Shown here: one piece after another, positions 40,512 through 52,768 of the stretch | Layout of the letters: each line of letters begins with the position of its first letter | Numbering within the stretch: the stretch's first letter is position 1 | From: Octopus vulgaris | Taxonomy: Eukaryota | Direction of reading: 5' to 3' | NCBI GenBank assembly: GCA_951406725.2 | Contig: OX597840.1 | Span: forward strand, 2,294,001-2,358,000 | Length of the DNA stretch: 64,000 nt | Translations under genes and position numbers: made by a program | Notes under the pieces: generated by a model | Told to the model about the DNA's origin: nothing | The model's database searches: none | The model's input: the letters and a program-made list of their open reading frames with translations, nothing else

Positions 40512-41159
40512 GATATATGTCTGTAACTATGTATGTATACATATATATATATTCAAATATATATATATATATATATACATACATGCATGTATATATATGT
40601 GTCTATATGTCCATATATATATGATGCATACATATTTATATGTGTGTATATGTCCATATATATATGATGCATACATATTTATATGTGTCTATATGTCCAT
40701 ATATATATGATGCATACATATTTATATGTGTGTATATGTGTATATATATATGATGCATACATATTTATATGTGTGTATATGTGTATATATATATGATGCA
40801 TACATATTTATATGTGTGTATATGTGTATATATATATGATGCATACATATTTATATGTGTGTATATGTGTATATATATATGATGCATACATATTTATATG
40901 TGTGTATATGTGTATATATATATGATGCATACATATTTATATGTGTGTATATGTGTATATATATATGATGCATACATATTTATTATATGTGTATATCAAT
41001 GTATGCATATGTAAACATTTATATTCGTAATATAATTTTTAATTCTTTTTTATTTGTAAAGATACATATATACATTTGTGCGCGCGTGTGTGTGCGCGTA
41101 TACGCATGTATATAGGTGTATGTGCCATATATATTTGTATAAAGAGAGAAAGATACTGA
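40512..41159 (+). repeat. Local duplicate of ~36715-37063 carrying an expanded 43-bp minisatellite (~9 units)
   Basis: ATGATGCATACATATTTA starts at 40621, 40664, 40707 ... 40965. Flanks match 36721 and 36900-37063. Confidence 0.9.
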
Positions 41160-42781
41160 CTTAACCCATCCCCACGAAACTGCTGGCCTGGTGACTAGGT
41201 CTGTATCTATTATTACGTAAATGAACATTGAGACTCCAATCGATGATCAAAATGGATTATCATGTTTCTTGATTAAACATCATTTCCCTACTGACCTGAT
41301 TTTACCAAAATCTCTCCATCCAGCTTTTGACTAGAATCGGTAACATTCGAAAAACAAAGCCAAGCAAGAAATTCATGACTAGAGAATATCTTACCCAATG
41401 AGACATGCGTGTATACCGCCATTATTTCTAATATATACGCTAAATTTGATTTCAATGTATCCATACATTTTCTCTCGTTTGTGTCACGTAACAAAAAATA
41501 TAGCTTTTATGTTTATTTCGTTGCAAACGTTTGCTTATTTTCTTTCTTTATCGTATTTTGCATGGCGGACGCGTATCACAATTGTGTTGTTCTATCTTCC
41601 GATATTAACAAATGTCCGTAGAGAAAAACCAGCTGTTCTCATTTATTCTGGTGAAAATATAATCCAAACCTTCTCGGGATATCCTGCTCTCTATAATCCA
41701 AATCAACAATAAGCAAACAACATCCACTTTCGTAACGGTAAAATAAGTAAGCTCTCCAAGCTATCAATAACCAGAAAGAGATGTCTGTTGACAGTTTGGC
41801 AGCGTGTAAGACTTAAGCCTTGAAGGGAGGAAAAAGAAAGCCCATTTTAGTGGAATATACATATCTGAAGAACGGGATTTAGAACTTAATAACAACGGAC
41901 ACATGTAGCTAGGCATACTGGTGCTCGATGATATGGATATATCGTGAAATGAAATGTGAAAGAACAAACAAAATATATTTGAAAAGAAGCAAGTATTGGA
42001 GTCCGAACTTAATTCATGAAGCTTGATAAATGAGATCAAAACAACGACGTTTGCCATTGTGTATTAAAGTGTGGGATAGATGAAGTCGACGAAAGACGAC
42101 AGAGATGAATTAGATAGAAAAACGAAGAGAAAACACTAAACTACCCATGGAGCCCTTCATCTAAAGCCTAAAGCCATTGGTTTATACATGAAACGGATCT
42201 TTGTTGGGAGAGGACACATTAGCATTTCTGATTGTGTGAATGAGAAAAGAAAGTCTGTATAAGACGGCCAGATTTACGCGTTACTTTGTCTAATAAATGT
42301 GACTCATCTCCGAATAACGACCTTCACTTCTAATTGTAACTGTTGTTTCGTTGGTACAAGAAAAGTCGTTGCGTCTCTATCGAAATAGTTATAGGTACTT
42401 TCTTTATACTTTACTTTTTATTAACGGAATCAGGAAGATTAGCTTGTTACATGATTTCCTAAGTTTTGCCTACTGAGGTCGTTTGCGTCAAAAATTAGAG
42501 ATTTATTTTTTCACTGGTGATGTTTGAAAATGATAACGTGTAAGAAATTCTGAACCTTAAAACACCGTCCATGTACGTATACCGCCATTTTTGCTATCGT
42601 AATCGCTAAAATCTGATCTCATTCTGTCCACATATTTTCTCACGTGAGTGTCATGTTACCAAATGCATATATATATATAGTTAATTCAAACATGAAAACA
42701 CCAAGAGAAAACACAACAACGCGAGGACGGGGAACAAATTTAGTATTATTGAACGCTCAGAAAGAAAGGGAAGAAGGAGGA

Positions 42782-42814
42782 TTTTACGTTTCGAGCGGAG
42801 CTCTTCGTCAGAAA
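42782..42814 (-). ncRNA. Minimal type-I hammerhead motif (C3-G8) in a probable Penelope-like terminus (~42680-42880)
   Basis: Minus strand TTT-CTGACGA-A-GAGC tcc GCTC-GAAA-CG-TA-AAA. Intact core, palindromic ACGT stem III, GUA site. Confidence 0.72.
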
Positions 42815-42899
42815 GAAGGGAAAAGGAAAGATCCAGAAAAGGGAAGACGGAGGAAAAAATCGCCAACGGTACACACGCGGGTGTGTCTGTGTGTGTGTA

Positions 42900-42943
<44 letters not shown>

Positions 42944-43029
42944 AACTTCTGTTCGAAACGATAAAGCCACATGTTTTTTAAAGTTATTTTAAAATTTAGC
43001 GCCGTATTTAAGTAGACTAAGGGGAACAG

Positions 43030-43830
43030 TACACTGTAAATGAGTATTTAGTGAATACTTAGAGATGTAAACCTTGTACCTCTGAGATGTAAAACATTTT
43101 AACACCTGGTTTTTCAATTGTTTTTAACATACAAACAGTTCAAAAGTATAAAGCTACTAACACATTTTCATTTCTTCCCATAGTGTTTCGAAAAATATTC
43201 GACTCAGTCGTATTCCCCGTGATCAAAATTACATTTCCAGTATCCTTAACGCTGCCAAGTTTTCTGAAATTGAACAAGGGAAGATTCTTGCATTGAAAGT
43301 TAAAGGAATGAGTAACGTGAAGATTGATGTGAAGGTTCGACGAAGCAGAAAACCAGTGGAGAATTTTCTGAAAGATCTTGACGGCTACAACAGGGTTCGT
43401 GCTGGTAGACGTCCCAAGGCTGCATCAGAAACGGACGAAAGGGCCATTGTCAGTGTTATGGAGAAGTCACATTGCTATTCTGTTTCGAAAATCAAGGCAT
43501 CAGCAGGTGTAGAAGCCTCGAAAGATGAGTGATTTTGAACCATGGTTTCGACCTTAAGAAGCGGCTAGGATGTCCGTTAATGTCCCTTTTCCACAAAGGT
43601 GTTAGACTAGAGTTTGTTAGGCAGCATTTAGACGTGGGATGAAGAATGATCCAGCGTTCTGTTCTCTGATAAGAGAAAATGGAATTTGGATTGCCACGAC
43701 AGGTATAAACATTACTGGAAAGATAAATGTATGGAGAATTATAATTATTCTAAGTGGCAGAAAAACAGAGGAGGTTTTATAGTGTGCGAAATGATATCTG
43801 TCGCTGAGGAGCTTCCACTTGTCATCGTGA
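43030..43830 (+). mobile_element. Tc3-like (Tc1/mariner) transposase relic
   Basis: FSEIEQGKILALK...RSRKPVENFLKDLDGY...RRPKAASETDERAIV, and after frameshifts SVLFSDKRKWNLDCHDRYKHYWKD (first catalytic Asp region). Confidence 0.82.
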
Positions 43831-43937
43831 AGCTTTAGAGGTTTTCGCTCAATAAACACTCGCAACGCCCGGTCTGGGAATCAAAAATCGCGATCCCACG
43901 ACCGCGAGTCCGCTGCCCTAACCACTGGGCCATTGCA
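43830..43937 (-). mobile_element. SINE family C head fragment
   Basis: Matches the head at 44260-44364. Confidence 0.82.
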
Positions 43938-43980
<43 letters not shown>

Positions 43981-44014
43981 ATGTGTGTGTGTGTGTGTGT
44001 TTATGTATGTATAT

Positions 44015-44057
<43 letters not shown>

Positions 44058-44061
<4 letters not shown>

Positions 44062-44364
44062 TTGATCACGTGACCGTCCAGGCTAGCAGATGTTGCAACA
44101 CTTCGCTGGTCACAATGCGCTTCGCATTGTTTTACCCTTCAAATGACGCCACCCCGCTGGCTAAGCGAGCAGGCCAACAGAAGAAAGAGTGAGACAAAAT
44201 TGTGGCCAAAGAGTACAGCAGGGATCGCCACCACCCCTGCCGGAGCCTCGTGGAGCTTTAGGTGTTTTCGCTCAATAAACACTCACAACGCCCGGTCTGG
44301 GAATCGAAACCGCGATCGTACGACTGCGAGTCCGCTGTCCTAACCACTGGGCCATTGCGCCTCC
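44058..44364 (-). mobile_element. SINE family C with tail 2
   Basis: Reverse-complement homolog of 14603-14907. Confidence 0.9.
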
Positions 44365-46464
44365 ACATATAAATGCATATATAAATATGTATGTGTGTAT
44401 TTCTATTATTTCGTTGCAAACATTTGCTTTCTTCCCCTATCTTTTTTGCTTGGTACAGGTGTATCTGTTTTGTGGTTCTAGAGCCGTTATTAATGAATGT
44501 CTACAGAGAAATGCAAAATAATAAAAGAACTCCCGTTCTCATTTATTCTGGTGAAAATACAATCCGAACTTGCTCGGGATATCCTGCTCTGTATAAACTA
44601 AAGGAAAAGAAAAAAAACACAAAGAAAATAAAGCAGCTATCCACTTTGGTAAAGGTAAAATATCTAAGTTCTCCAAGCTATCAATAACCACGAAATGATG
44701 TGTTTTGACAGTTTCACAGCGTGCAGGACTTTAGCCATAAAGAGAGGAAAGAAATGTTTTTTTCTCAGAAGAGGACTTTAGAACTTAATGACAATGGATA
44801 CACGTATCTAGGCGTACTGGTCGTAAATGATATAATGACATGACGCTTCGGCAAATGAAGAAAAACGTGAAAGCATGAAAGAAATATATATTTGGAAAGG
44901 TTAACGCTTGTATTGAAGTTATAAATTCACCCTTGGATTCTGATAAATTCGAAGGAAGAAAGGGTCGTTTGCCGTCGTAGATTACGTTGTTGGAATAGTG
45001 AATAGGGTGGAAAGTGATATAGAAGGATTATATAGAAATCAAATGCGTTGACCACTTCTCTCAAATACAAATGCCAGTCTTTTATACGATATGAAAAATT
45101 GTAGGGGGAGGATTTATTAGCCTTCCTGATTGTGTGAATTGAGTACGCAGTAAACAAACCGTTCCTTGCAAAGTGTGAAGTACTATTTGGATATGTCAAA
45201 ATAGAAACAAGGCCATTTGAGCCTGATGAAGAATAATTTGTAAAAGAAATCCGGTGTTAGAAGAAGGACAGATATTCAGTTACACGGAGAGATCCACAGA
45301 AACCCCAAGAATGGGGAAACTCATGTTTCGTCATGGGAGGATGTCAGGAGTGGAGATTTAAAACACAAGAATAGTTACAGTTGTGCGTTAGGAGGCTAAG
45401 AGTAGAGAATTAGAAGGAAAATTAAATATGATAATTATATAAGAAAAAATAAACGAGGGAACACTTTATACAAAGAGCCCTTTATACAAAGGGTAATGCT
45501 AGACTTTCATACATAAAACGCATGATGGCAAGGAGAGAACTAATTAATATTTCCGATAGATTAACTTAAGGAAGATCCTTACGGTTTACCTTGACTTATA
45601 CAAGTGATGTTTCTCCACATGTGAATCAGCTCCTCTAATTGTTTCGTTGATGTACAAGGAAAACTCCCCACCTCGCTCTCTCCATCTCTCTCTCACTCAA
45701 GACAGTTATAGGATATTTTTTTTTCCAGTTTTGTTCTTTAAAAACGCGTTCAGGAAAGATTAGCGCGTTGCTTGGTAACATAACGTTTCTCTCGTGACCC
45801 CATTTTTACCAAAATTCCCATATCTAGTTTTGGAAAGGAACTGGTAACGTTTAGGAAAAAGAGAAATTTCTAACTTACAAAAATCTCCACCCAATGAAAT
45901 TTGTGTTTGTATACCGCCATTATTGTCGATATAATCACTAAATTTTGATTTCGTCATATCCATAAATATTTTCTCCTGCGTGAATTGTGTAACAAAAAAT
46001 AAGAAAAAATGCTTTTATTCTTATATCGTTGCGAATATCTCCTTTTATTTTCCATTATTTATCGTTTTGTACATGGCGGAGGCGTATCTCTTTCTTTTTG
46101 TTGTTCTATACGGCATTATTAAAAGATTTCCGCAGAGAAAAAGCAGAATAATAAAAGAGCGTCCGTTCTCATTTATTCTGGTGAAAATATAATCCATACT
46201 TGCTTGGGATATCCTGCTCTGTATAATCCAAATGAAAAGAAAAGAATATCCATCAACTTTGGTGACGGTAAAATATCTAAGATCTCTAAGCTATCAATAA
46301 CATCGTAGAGATCCTGCGTTGACAGTTTGGCTGTGTGTATGTCTTTAGACATGAAGAGAGAGGGAACAAAGCCTATTTTAGTGGAATAAACGTACCTGAA
46401 GAAAGAGATTTCGACCCTAGAACTATGAACTTATATAGCTAAGCATACTGGTACTCAATGATAT

Positions 46465-46787
46465 GGCACTCCGTCGGTTGCGACGGTGAGGGTTCCAGCT
46501 GATCCGGTTAGCGGAACAGACTTTTCGTGAAATTATCATGCATGTGGCTGAGCACTCTACTGACACGTGTGCCGTTAAAGTAGTTCTCAGGGATTTTGAG
46601 CGTGTCACAGAGTGTGACAAGGTTGGCCCTTTGAAATACAGGAACTACTCACATTTGCCAGCTGAGTAGACTTGAGCAAAGTGAAATGAAATGTCCTGCT
46701 GAAGGACACAACGCATCGCTGGGAATTGAACCCACAAACTTAGTATCGTGAGTCGACTACCTTAACCACTGAGCCACGTGCTTTCAC
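46465..46787 (-). mobile_element. SINE with tRNA/CORE-like head joined to tail 1; 11-bp target-site duplication
   Basis: Minus strand GTGGCTCAGTGGTTAAG..GGTTCAATTCCC..GCGTTGTGTCCTTCAGCAGGACATTTC, then CCTGTATTTCAAAGGGCC..CGACGGAGTGCC. TACTCAATGAT on both flanks (~46453 and ~46789). Confidence 0.82.
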
Positions 46788-46840
46788 ATACTCAATGATG
46801 TAATGCTACAGAAGCTGAAGAAATGAGGGGCAACATAAAA

Positions 46841-47005
46841 GGCGCAGGAGTGGCTGTGTGGTAAGTAGCTTGCTAACCAACCTCATAGTTCCGGGTTCAG
46901 TCCCACTGCGTGGCATCTTGGGCAAGTGTCTTCTGCTATAGACCCGGGCCGACCAATGCCTTGTGAGTGGATTTGGTAGACGGAAACTGAAAGAAGCCTG
47001 TCGTA

Positions 47006-47048
<43 letters not shown>

Positions 47049-47278
47049 TTATGTGTCTGTGTGTGTTTGTGTGTCTGTGTTTGTCCCCCTAGCATTGCTT
47101 GACAACTGATGCAGGTGTGTTTACGTCCCCGTCACTTAACGGTTCGGCAAAAGAGACCGATAGAATAAGTACTGGGCTTGCAAAGAATAAGTCCTGGGGT
47201 TGAATTGCTCGACTAAAGGCGGTGCTCCAGCATGGCCGCAATCAAATGACTGAAACAAGTAAAAGAGTAAAAGAGAGT
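46841..47278 (+). mobile_element. SINE family A, full length
   Basis: Head to (TAAAAGAG) tail. Confidence 0.93.
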
Positions 47279-47549
47279 ATATATTTGGAAAGATTGTATT
47301 GAGGACCAAATTAATTCTAGGAATAAGATAAATGTAACCAACGACTGGGCGTTTGCCGTTGTAAATTAAATTGCTGGAGTTGAGGATTTGACGAAATTTG
47401 GATTAGCTGTATGGATAGAAAGAACCGGAAGGCCCTAACTTTGCATGAGTTCCTTCATCAAGTACTTCCTTTCTGCGTGGTAGGGTCTCTTCTCTTAAAC
47501 TTCAACAGATATAAGTCATTGCTTAATTACAACTCTTAATTAGTTTGTT

Positions 47550-47810
47550 TTCATTCATGGCGATGCTTTACTGAAATTTATTCTCCATTCAAATCCTGAG
47601 AAGAGCTAAGAAGCTTTTCCCTTCTAGTCTTGTGCATCATGTAAGAATGAATGATATTAGCCTTAAGATAAATGGATTCATGAAGTGTTTGGCGCTTTCT
47701 CGTTTATTTATCTAATCACTTTTCCCATCTTTCGTCCAGTTAACTATACCTATAATATAATGTACGTTGGCAATACGTAATATGTTCTATATCTATTTTG
47801 AAACCACTTC
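47550..47810 (-). mobile_element. Inverted R4/Dong-like RT-thumb relic
   Basis: Minus-strand YIIGIVNWTKDG, frameshift, LDK*TRKRQTLHESIYLKANIIHSYM. Confidence 0.6.
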
Positions 47811-47834
47811 CATGATGATTCACAACTCTGTTAC

Positions 47835-48269
47835 CCTTTTACCCTTTTACGTGTTTCATTCATTTGACTGAGGCCATGCTGGAGCACCGCCTTTAGTCGA
47901 GCAAATCGACCGCAGGACTTATTCTCTGTAAGCCTAGTACTTATTCTATCGGTCTCTTTTGCCGAGCCACTAAGTTACGGCGACGTAAACACCCTAGTAT
48001 CGGTTATCAAGCGATGTTGGGGCGGGGGACAAACACAGACACACAAACACACACAAACCTATATATATATATTCGAACCCACAAGAGACAGAGAAAGGCA
48101 GAAACAAGGAAATGCCACTTATATTTGAACACTATACAAATATTCTTTTAAAAAAACTTTTCTTTTAATTTTTCTAAACTTAATTATTTAATTTTTACAG
48201 TTGAAAAGTTCTCAATGACTGAAATGTTCTTTATAAAATTATTTTAGCATTTTCTACCCTGACTTGTCT

Positions 48270-48341
<72 letters not shown>

Positions 48342-48524
48342 CATATGCATATACATATATACGACGGGCTTCTTTCAGTTTCCGTCTACCAAATCCACTC
48401 ACAAGGTTTTGGTCGGCCCGAGGCTATAGAAGAAGACACTTGCCCAAGATGCCAGGCAGTGGAACTGAATCCAGAACCATGTGGTTTGTAAGCAAGCTAC
48501 TTACCGCACAGCCCCTCCTACGCC
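47835..48524 (-). mobile_element. SINE family A with a ~200 bp AT-rich insert in its internal (TA)n
   Basis: Tail 47835-48060, insert 48072-48275, head 48360-48524. Confidence 0.87.
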
Positions 48525-49235
48525 TTATATAGGCGAATTTCTGGCAAATAATACTGAAAGGCGTCCTTCTCTGCGGCTATAACGATTTTGCCAATTTGCC
48601 GTCTTAATAATATTTTGGACTGTTTTGTAGTGTATTTAGCATGTATGTTTTTTTAATAATAGAGTAACGGCGTAAATTTGTTTGTACCGGACCCAAAAGA
48701 GATGTTGGTTGTTAGGTTTAAAAAAATTTGTTATATTCAAGATAACTGGTAAACTTTGACCTCATTACATTTTGGGAAACAAAGGAAAGTTCGACGACAT
48801 GAAGAAGGGGTCAGACAAAATTGGCCTCATTATTGTAGAAGCGATTAGTTACGCTTCTTAAAAAGATCGATATTATTGATAAAGAAAGCAAAAGAAAAAA
48901 AATGTAATAGCCGTGTTATATAAGTATATATTTAGAAGACGGAACCGAAATATTGTTTTTTATTATAGGAAGGAAAGAGAGAAAAAAAAGAAACAAAATG
49001 TCAGTGTAAACTTCTTGGAAGAAATTTGAGTTTGTTAGGAAAATAATCGATATTTTTTGTATTATTATTCGCGTGTTATTGGTGGTGGGGGGGGGGGAGA
49101 CAGCGAGTTGGCAGAAATGTTAGCACATTGAAGAAAATATCTAAAAGCATTTCTCTAAACTCTTTCATCTGTCTTTCGATTCAGAGTTCAAATTCCACTG
49201 GGGTCAAGCCTGCCTTGCATCATTTCGAGGTTGGA

Positions 49236-49283
<48 letters not shown>

Positions 49284-49301
49284 TTATATATATATATATA
49301 T

Positions 49302-49719
49302 GGCGTAGGAGTGGCTGTGTGGGAAGTAGCTTGCTTACAAACCACATGGTTCCTGCTTCAGTCCCACTGCGTAGAACCTTGGGTAAGTGTCTTCTACTAT
49401 AGCCTCGGGAAAACCGAAGCCTTGTGAGTGGATTTGGTAGACGGAAACTGAAGGAAGCCTATCGTATATATCTATATCTATATATATATATATATGTATG
49501 TGTGTGTATACGTTTGTGTGTGTGTGTGTGTGTTTATCTCCCCAACAAACCGATGCTGGTGTGTTTACGTCCCCGTAACCTATCGGTTCGACTAAAGAGA
49601 CCGATAGAATAAGTACTAGGCTTACAAAAAATAAGTCCTTGGGTCGATTTGCTCGACTGAAGGTGGGGCTCTAGCATGGCCAGAGTCAAATGACTGAAAC
49701 AAGTAAAAGAGTAAAGAGT
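49302..49719 (+). mobile_element. SINE family A, full length
   Basis: Head to tail. Confidence 0.9.
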
Positions 49720-49838
49720 ATATATATATATTTACATGGTAACAGTGGAATATTGTGATCGTTGTAATTCAAAATTTGAGGGTTTGTGCTCATGGTAGAA
49801 AGGATTATTATTATTATTATTATTATTCGTAAAGAGAT

Positions 49839-50280
49839 TGGCGACGAGCTGGCAGAATCGTTAGCCCGCCAAGTAAAATGCTTAGTGGCATTTCTCTCCG
49901 ACCTTACATTCTGAGTTCAAATTCTACCGGGGTCGACTTCGTCTTTCTTCCGCTCACGGTCAATAAAATAAGTACAAGTTAAACATGAGTCCGATGTAAT
50001 CGACTTAGCAGTCCCTTTCCCAAAATTGCTGCCTCTGGGCCAAAATTATAGAGAGAGCAAACAATCATTAAAACCCTGGACAAAACACTTGGCTTCATAC
50101 CTCCCAACACTTTCCTCTGACTTTACGTTTAGAGTTCAAATTCCGCCGAGGTCGACTTTGCCTTTCAGTCTTTCGGTGTTGATATGCACAGTATCAATGG
50201 AACATTGAGGTCAATGTAACCGACTAGCCTTCTGCCCACAAAATTTCAAGCTTTGAACATATAGTAGAAAGAATTATTAA
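49839..50280 (+). mobile_element. Two diverged SINE family B copies
   Basis: GAGTTCAAATTC..CCG.GGTCGACTT occurs twice. Confidence 0.78.
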
Positions 50281-50357
50281 ATAGGGATATGAGGCGAGCT
50301 AGGAGTATTGTTAGCAGAAGTACCAGTTGTGTCAGTTTGATTCAAATTCATAGCTTC

Positions 50358-50394
<37 letters not shown>

Positions 50395-50420
50395 AGAGAG
50401 AGAGAGAGAGAGATACATAC

Positions 50421-50464
<44 letters not shown>

Positions 50465-50576
50465 CTATATATATATATATGTATATATATATACATATAT
50501 ACACACACATATATATATATACATATATATACACATATATATATATGTATATATATGTATATATATACATATATCA

Positions 50577-50951
50577 CAAATAAGAAAATGGAGGAGAACA
50601 ATAGGTAGTTCATCAACTTTTGGACAATAAAATGTTAACTTATTTATTTATTAAACTGATAATTATAATAACATACCTGCATATAACATATTATTATTTG
50701 CATATAAGGTATAAGATATAAAATATAGTAATATATAAGGATAACAGAAATTATTATAAAAGATATTTTAAAAATAATTTCTGGTATCCTTATATATTAC
50801 TATATTTTATATCTTATACCTTATATGCAAATAATAATATGCTATATGTATATATGTTATTATAATTATCAGTCTAATAAATAAATAAGTTAACATTTTA
50901 ATGTCCAAAAGTTGATGAACTACCTATTGTTCTCCTCCATTTTCTTATTTG
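50577..50951. repeat. Near-perfect fold-back (arms 50577-50755 and 50773-50951) abutting (TA)n
   Basis: CAAATAAGAAAATGGAGGAGAACAATAGGTAGTTCATCAACTTTTGGACA and its reverse complement. Confidence 0.93.
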
Positions 50952-51118
50952 CTATATAAATTAATGGTAAAATATCTCTTTACCTTCACCCATTTAGTAC
51001 ACTAGGTAAAGTAATTGCAATGCAAAAAAAAAAACACTTGTGTATTAATAATTGAGTATTATACCAACAGTATATTGAATAGATATTATCCCTTAATGGG
51101 TTGCTTTTCCCAATATAA

Positions 51119-51229
51119 TGTGGCTGTCCTGAAACGGATGAAAATATAGGTGTGTCGTATAACCGGCTAGAAACGATATTTTTCTTGGTTCGTAAACAAC
51201 ACCAACATCGTCCCTTCAGGGCAGACACA
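51119..51229 (+). ncRNA. Degenerate full-size type-I hammerhead-like motif
   Basis: Stem I CTGTCCTGAA/TTCAGGGCAG, core CGGATGA 51135-41, GAAA 51170-73, stem III CGAT/ATCG, GUC 51210-12. Stem II is weak. Confidence 0.55.
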
Positions 51230-51329
51230 TGATGTTGGCAAATAGCATTTGCTTTAAAAAACTGCTACTGAGTGACTCTCTTTGAAAGATTTAAAAATAA
51301 TAATAATGTATATATAGATACATTAGTCT

Positions 51330-52360
51330 CAAATCATGGCCCGCCACTTCATCCTACGTGGGTATCCCCTCAACACTATCCCCACCGCCCTTAACAGTGC
51401 ATATTCCGCGAGCTGTGCCTCTACCCTCTCCCCTTGCACCCGCCCCGTCGTCTCCGTCTCCCTTCACCTACTATCCCACCACCCTACCTCTCGCTTCACC
51501 TACTACCCACCACCCTACCTCTTCAACGCACCATTCTCTGAGCCTTCCAGCGACTCCAGTCCGACAGTTCTACTTCGCAAATCTTCCCTAACCGACCCCA
51601 GTCCCTCCTTCAAACAAGCCAACAACCCACTAGACCTCCTGGTCCAGATTTTCTTCCCTAACCCAACCTCCCAAACCGGCTCGTTCCCCTACTCCCGCCC
51701 AGGCTGCCGCACTTGCTCTTACTTCTCCAACACCACCCTCCTCACCGGCACCCATCATCGACCCTATCATATCACCGACTCCATCTGCACTTCTAGCAAT
51801 GTCATCTGCTGCGTCAACTGCACTTTCTGCCGTTCTCTATACATCGGGCAAACGGGAGGCCGACGGTTATCGGAAAACCTCCGCGACATCCGACTTGGCA
51901 ATGACAACATGGTCTCGCGCCATATCAACTCAATCCGTCATTGTTTGCAACCCTTGTCTGAATTCGGATTGCCCTTGCACAGGGGCCATCCGGACTCCCG
52001 TCTTCGCTGTGAACAGGGATTAATCTTCTCTCTCCTCTCCTTTGCGCCACATGGGCTCAACTCTCCTGCCATCTTCATCTAACCCTTTTGCCCCTCTCCT
52101 CTCTTCATCTCGCACCTACGTCTTCCAACCCATCTCTCCTCATTGCTCCGACTCCTACTTCTACTCTTCACTCCTACCCTACTTATTTCTCCTCTTCACT
52201 CCTACTCATATTTTCCCTTCATCGTCACCCCTCCTTCGTAACCCCACTTCTACTATCTCTCTCCCTCTTTCTCTTTTTCACATACACACACACACACACT
52301 ACACACATATACACACACACTCCGCCACATTTTCACCTGCACATCCTCGTTGCGTATACA
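51330..52360 (+). mobile_element. 5'-truncated Penelope-like element (Neptune-type Cys linker plus GIY-YIG) with pyrimidine-rich 3' region
   Basis: ORF 51336-52082: HFILRGYP...SRPGCRTC...CTSSNVICCVNCTFCRSLYIGQTG.RRLSENLRDIR...SRH...CEQGLIFSL..APHGLN. Confidence 0.9.
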
Positions 52361-52514
52361 CATATATATCAAGTATACAAATAATATATTCCCCACCCTA
52401 ATATATCTGTAAACTCTAGCTATGCCCTCGATATAAACCCGTTTCATTTTTTGTATCCTTTCATTATTAGTATTGAGATATATACACATACCCTTATAAC
52501 ATAATACACACTCA

Positions 52515-52536
52515 TACATAATTTACATAGAGACTT

Positions 52537-52586
<50 letters not shown>

Positions 52587-52622
52587 TAAATACACACACA
52601 TACGTAATTTACAAAGAGACTT

Positions 52623-52666
<44 letters not shown>

Positions 52667-52702
52667 TAAATACACACACATACATAATTTACATAGATAC
52701 TT

Positions 52703-52720
<18 letters not shown>
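52515..52720. repeat. Three tandem copies of AATTTACA.AGA.ACTTTTATAA(TA)n
   Basis: Direct reading; period ~85 bp with variable TA length. Confidence 0.88.

Positions 52721-52768
<48 letters not shown>

Larger units (their letters stand above)
41270..47460 (+). repeat. Three diverged tandem copies of a ~1.2 kb unit containing an R4/Dong-like RT/thumb relic; copies 2 and 3 are interrupted by younger insertions
   Basis: Anchors GTATACCGCCATT at 41411, 42577, 45909 and GTTCTCATTTATTCTGGTGAAAATA at 41635, 44535, 46165. Translation LGILVLDD...LESELNS...LDRKTKRK..THGALHLK..GLYMKR..GRGHISISDCV in copy 1, and NSRNKINVTNDWA...MDRKNRKALTLH..LH in copy 3. Confidence 0.8.

Noticed and set aside
40621-41007. 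Regular 43-bp repeats as a CRISPR-like array
   Set aside because: No unique spacers, no cas genes, eukaryotic context; it is a minisatellite.
45218-45260. CTGATGA...GAAA match (also at ~8103 and ~61177)
   Set aside because: No coherent stems or NUH site; chance-level matches.
46196-46212. ATACTTGCTTGG as a U1 snRNA 5' end
   Set aside because: Mismatched to ATACTTACCTGG, no downstream U1 structure, and not conserved in the other tandem copies.
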